Shown here in pieces: positions 61,142 to 64,000 of a DNA stretch of 64,000 nt (positions are counted from its first letter, which is position 1; the number at the start of each line of letters is the position of its first letter). The notes below the pieces were generated by a model, which made no database searches, was not told the DNA's origin, and saw only the letters and a program-made list of their open reading frames with translations. Made by a program: the position numbers and the translations under genes. Origin of the DNA: Lepidodermella squamata (Eukaryota; Animalia; Gastrotricha). The stretch is from assembly GCA_047495785.1 (NCBI GenBank), contig JBLDXI010000021.1:1116001-1180000 (forward strand), given 5' to 3'.

Positions 61142-63420
61142 CTAAATAGGAAGGTGGAATAAACGAGATTTCCGAGCCTGGGGAAGTTTAGTCGACGGAA
61201 ATCGCAAAAGCTGCTGCTGTTCGAGGCAGTGAACGGCCCATGGGCGCAGCTGTTCGACGTCGTAGTCGACTGTGGCCGGATCGGCCCCCGCCGTGTAGCA
61301 TTTCCGCCAGGTTGGCAACCAGGTGGAAGCCGCAATCGCTGCCATTTTGTTGCTGCGGGCATGCAACAAATTCGATGGTGAGGCGGCTTTTCGCGTCGCG
61401 CTCCACGGGTTCACCAGAGCGGCGCGATAAGAATTGCTTAGCCTGTTGCCCTTCGACGTCAAGCTGTCGTAGACCCGGATGACCTTGCCGTCGTCGAAGA
61501 CAGTATCCAGTGGTCGCCGATATGATGGGGATGTATGGTGGCGAACCTGGTGGTACCCTGTACCCGTGTACAGGTACAGGTATGTATAGGTTCGGCCAAA
61601 TAGCGGTTGACTTCTGATGCAGCTGGCTGGTTCGGCATGATTTCGGCAAATTCTGATTCATCGGCCTGCAGGGGCAGGAAGTCACGTCCATAGATCTTTA
61701 CGACAGCCGTGACGACATCATCAGGCATCCAGGTACCTAATATTAAAATCATTTTTTAACAAATAAATTGCAAAAAACTCTTCAATTTAGCTTCTTTCAG
61801 CATGTCTCTTCGCAAAAAGTCCCAGTTTTTGATTGTTATTTGCTCGAATTGCTGCGGAACGGGTAACTGAGGCGCTTCGCTAAGACGGGCTTGCTTTGGC
61901 GAATTGATGCCAAGATCGTCCGGAGATAACAGACGCTTCTTTGAGCTGGCGGTTGTAGGCCGAAGTTGAGCAAATGTTTGAGGCGAATCTTCGTTCGGCG
62001 GTGAAATTCGCGATATTCTGCAATCGCCAAAATTAGCAAGGAAGTCGTTTATCTCCGTGATGGGAGAGGAGCAATAATGATCGAAATTCAGGTCGGTATT
62101 GCCGTTAACAGTTGCGAATGCCGAGTGCCGCTCATCTTCCCAGGGTCGAAAAGTTTTAAATGCACTTTTTCCGGGCGTCTTCAGGTCAATGTTGCCCGTT
62201 ACGGCTTGCGGCTCAATTTCGGGTAAATCGCTCGAATTCAGCGGCGAATCAGCGAATAGGCCCGGTGACGGCTGCCTGGCTGCTGCGAGAAAATGTTTCG
62301 GGGCTGATGCGAGGTCGAAAGGGTTGATCAGGTTGTCATTCGAAGCTCCAACACCTCGAGGTTTCACGTTTGGCGATGCCGGCGTTAATGGTTCCAGGTG
62401 GCCGGACTGCTCGCGTGACTTGAGGGTTTTGAGTTTTGAGGGTTACGATCGCCTTTTTTCACGACTTTTTGCTGCCGAAGCGACTTTTCGTAGGTAATTT
62501 TCGGCTTTTCGGCCCACGCTGCTTTTTCTCGGCCTTCTTGTTTGACGGGGCAGCTGGCGTGGGCAGTTCAGGCGATTGCGCCAACCCAAAACTTCTTTTC
62601 TCCTCAGCTTCGAGTTCGAGGTTGCTGCATTCCCCTAAATTAAAAAATAATTGAAAAAACGATGCGTATTACAAGTTTCTTCGAATAAATCTATTTTATA
62701 AAACGTAACGCGTTTATTCCGATTAATTATTTAAGAAATTAAATCGAATTTTAAGTCAAGTTAATAATTAAGGTGGATAAAAATTACAAGAAAAAATTAT
62801 TATGACTAATTTTCGCTTTTTTGCGTTTTTCGCTAATCATAATCACTCGAGTTCGGTAAACTACTCAATAATAATCATTAATCTAACCTTTTGCGAAGTA
62901 GTTCTTGAGTTGCCGGACGGGTGGATGGTAGCTCAGTGTTTGCGCGACTCCATGTTGACAGGGTCGACCCGGGCTAGCACCGCATTTCGGCCATTGTTCG
63001 TCAGCCTGACGATTCGATGCGGACCGATGTAGCGCATCGTCCGTACTTCGCCGCCTTCGCGATCAGCTCGTCTCATGTTCGCTAACATGACAAATTGACC
63101 GACCTTGAAACGCGTCCAGTGTTGTGCCGCCGGTTGTAGTCTCGTTGCTGCTTGGCTTATTGGGCCCTCACGATGTTCTTAGCCGCCTTAGCCCGGATTT
63201 TAGTTATCGCCGTAATTTCATTCTTCATTGACGCCATGATATCGTCGACTTCGAATTCGCCCCTAACAGCCTCCTCATCTTCGTCATCGTTCGTGTTGTT
63301 GATGCCGCTCTCGGGATTGCTCATCGATTCAGGAATCCCCTCGGTCGGATTCAAAGACAGCCCCAAAGCGCCCATCTTCAAATCGATGGGGGTGAGCATG
63401 TTGTAGGAGTATAACAAACC
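61142..63420 (-). mobile_element. Decayed Ginger-like element: Gypsy-type integrase C-terminus (GPY/F region), spacer, Ulp1/C48 protease
   Basis: AAKNIVRAQ*AKQQRDYNRR / FKVGQFVML..YIGPHRIV integrase tail; HW, YDS and QQQNGSDCG Ulp1 motifs spread across frameshifts; AT-rich intron-like gaps. Confidence 0.75.
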
Positions 63421-63699
63421 CGGCGGCCTATAAACTGTTATAAACTGCTATCTGGTGCAGTTACCTGGTTTTTTATCACCGTTCACGTGACATTTCGTGT
63501 CCCGCTCATATATAGGTAATTGGCCAATGCGAGTCCTTGATTGATGCTATGCTGTTTTGTTAGATTTCGCAAATTTCAAGTCGCCAGTTCGACTATTTCT
63601 ATTTTCTATTAAAAACACTGAAATACCCTTAAAAATCTGTTTTGTTAACTGTTTTGGAAAAAGCAACTACCAAACCGAAATCCTGGCTACGCCCCTGGT

Positions 63700-64000
63700 A
63701 ATTCTCATTGAGAACATTTTCTACATGCAATAGAGCATCGCAATAGAGAGTATGTTTTTCCTACTTTGCCAGCCAGATGAATTTTTGAAAATATTCTGCA
63801 AATACAGCATTATAGAGGATGAGTTCTTGGGCTGTCGAATGCCGGTTTCTGCAAGTCCGGACGGTTATCCTTGATTCATGGCTAATATCGTTGTCACCTA
63901 GACTGCTGGCCGGAATTAGGGAACTGGGTGCCCTAATTTCGGCCACTTCACCCAGTTACGCTAATACCTTTAGTTTTATGCCGGCAAATTCGTCTTGGCA
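63700..64000 (+). mobile_element. Partial copy of the 51142-52071 transposon family (runs off the window)
   Basis: Collinear with about 51175-51410, including GGCCGGAATTAGG..GGGTGCCCTAATTTCGGCCAC. Confidence 0.82.

Overview
Eukaryotic genomic DNA from a compact invertebrate animal genome (many ~50-60 bp GT-AG introns); the ORF track misses or fragments most genes, so exons were joined by hand. In order: an AMPA/kainate-type glutamate receptor (runs off the left edge), a secreted Thr/Glu/Met repeat protein, START-domain gene 1, a rhodanese, a Cys/His zinc-finger-array protein, three tandem Ly6/three-finger genes, an ABCG half-transporter, ACE-like peptidase 1, GH3-domain gene a, START gene 2, an apparent VIT-VWA/hillarin-type transglutaminase fusion gene, an H-NOX soluble guanylate-cyclase-like gene with a degenerate cyclase domain, ACE 2 and 3, GH3 b, a fucosyltransferase-fold gene, a PAN/apple protein, ACE 4 and 5, and a decayed Ginger-like integrase-Ulp1 element. 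Many non-autonomous DNA transposons, some nested, lie in introns and spacers. The most notable candidates are the VIT-VWA-transglutaminase fusion, an O2-type H-NOX pseudo-cyclase, and anchorless ACE paralogues with changed chloride and substrate sites that lie next to duplicated GH3 ligases. Family calls rest on motif recognition by eye; no searches were run.
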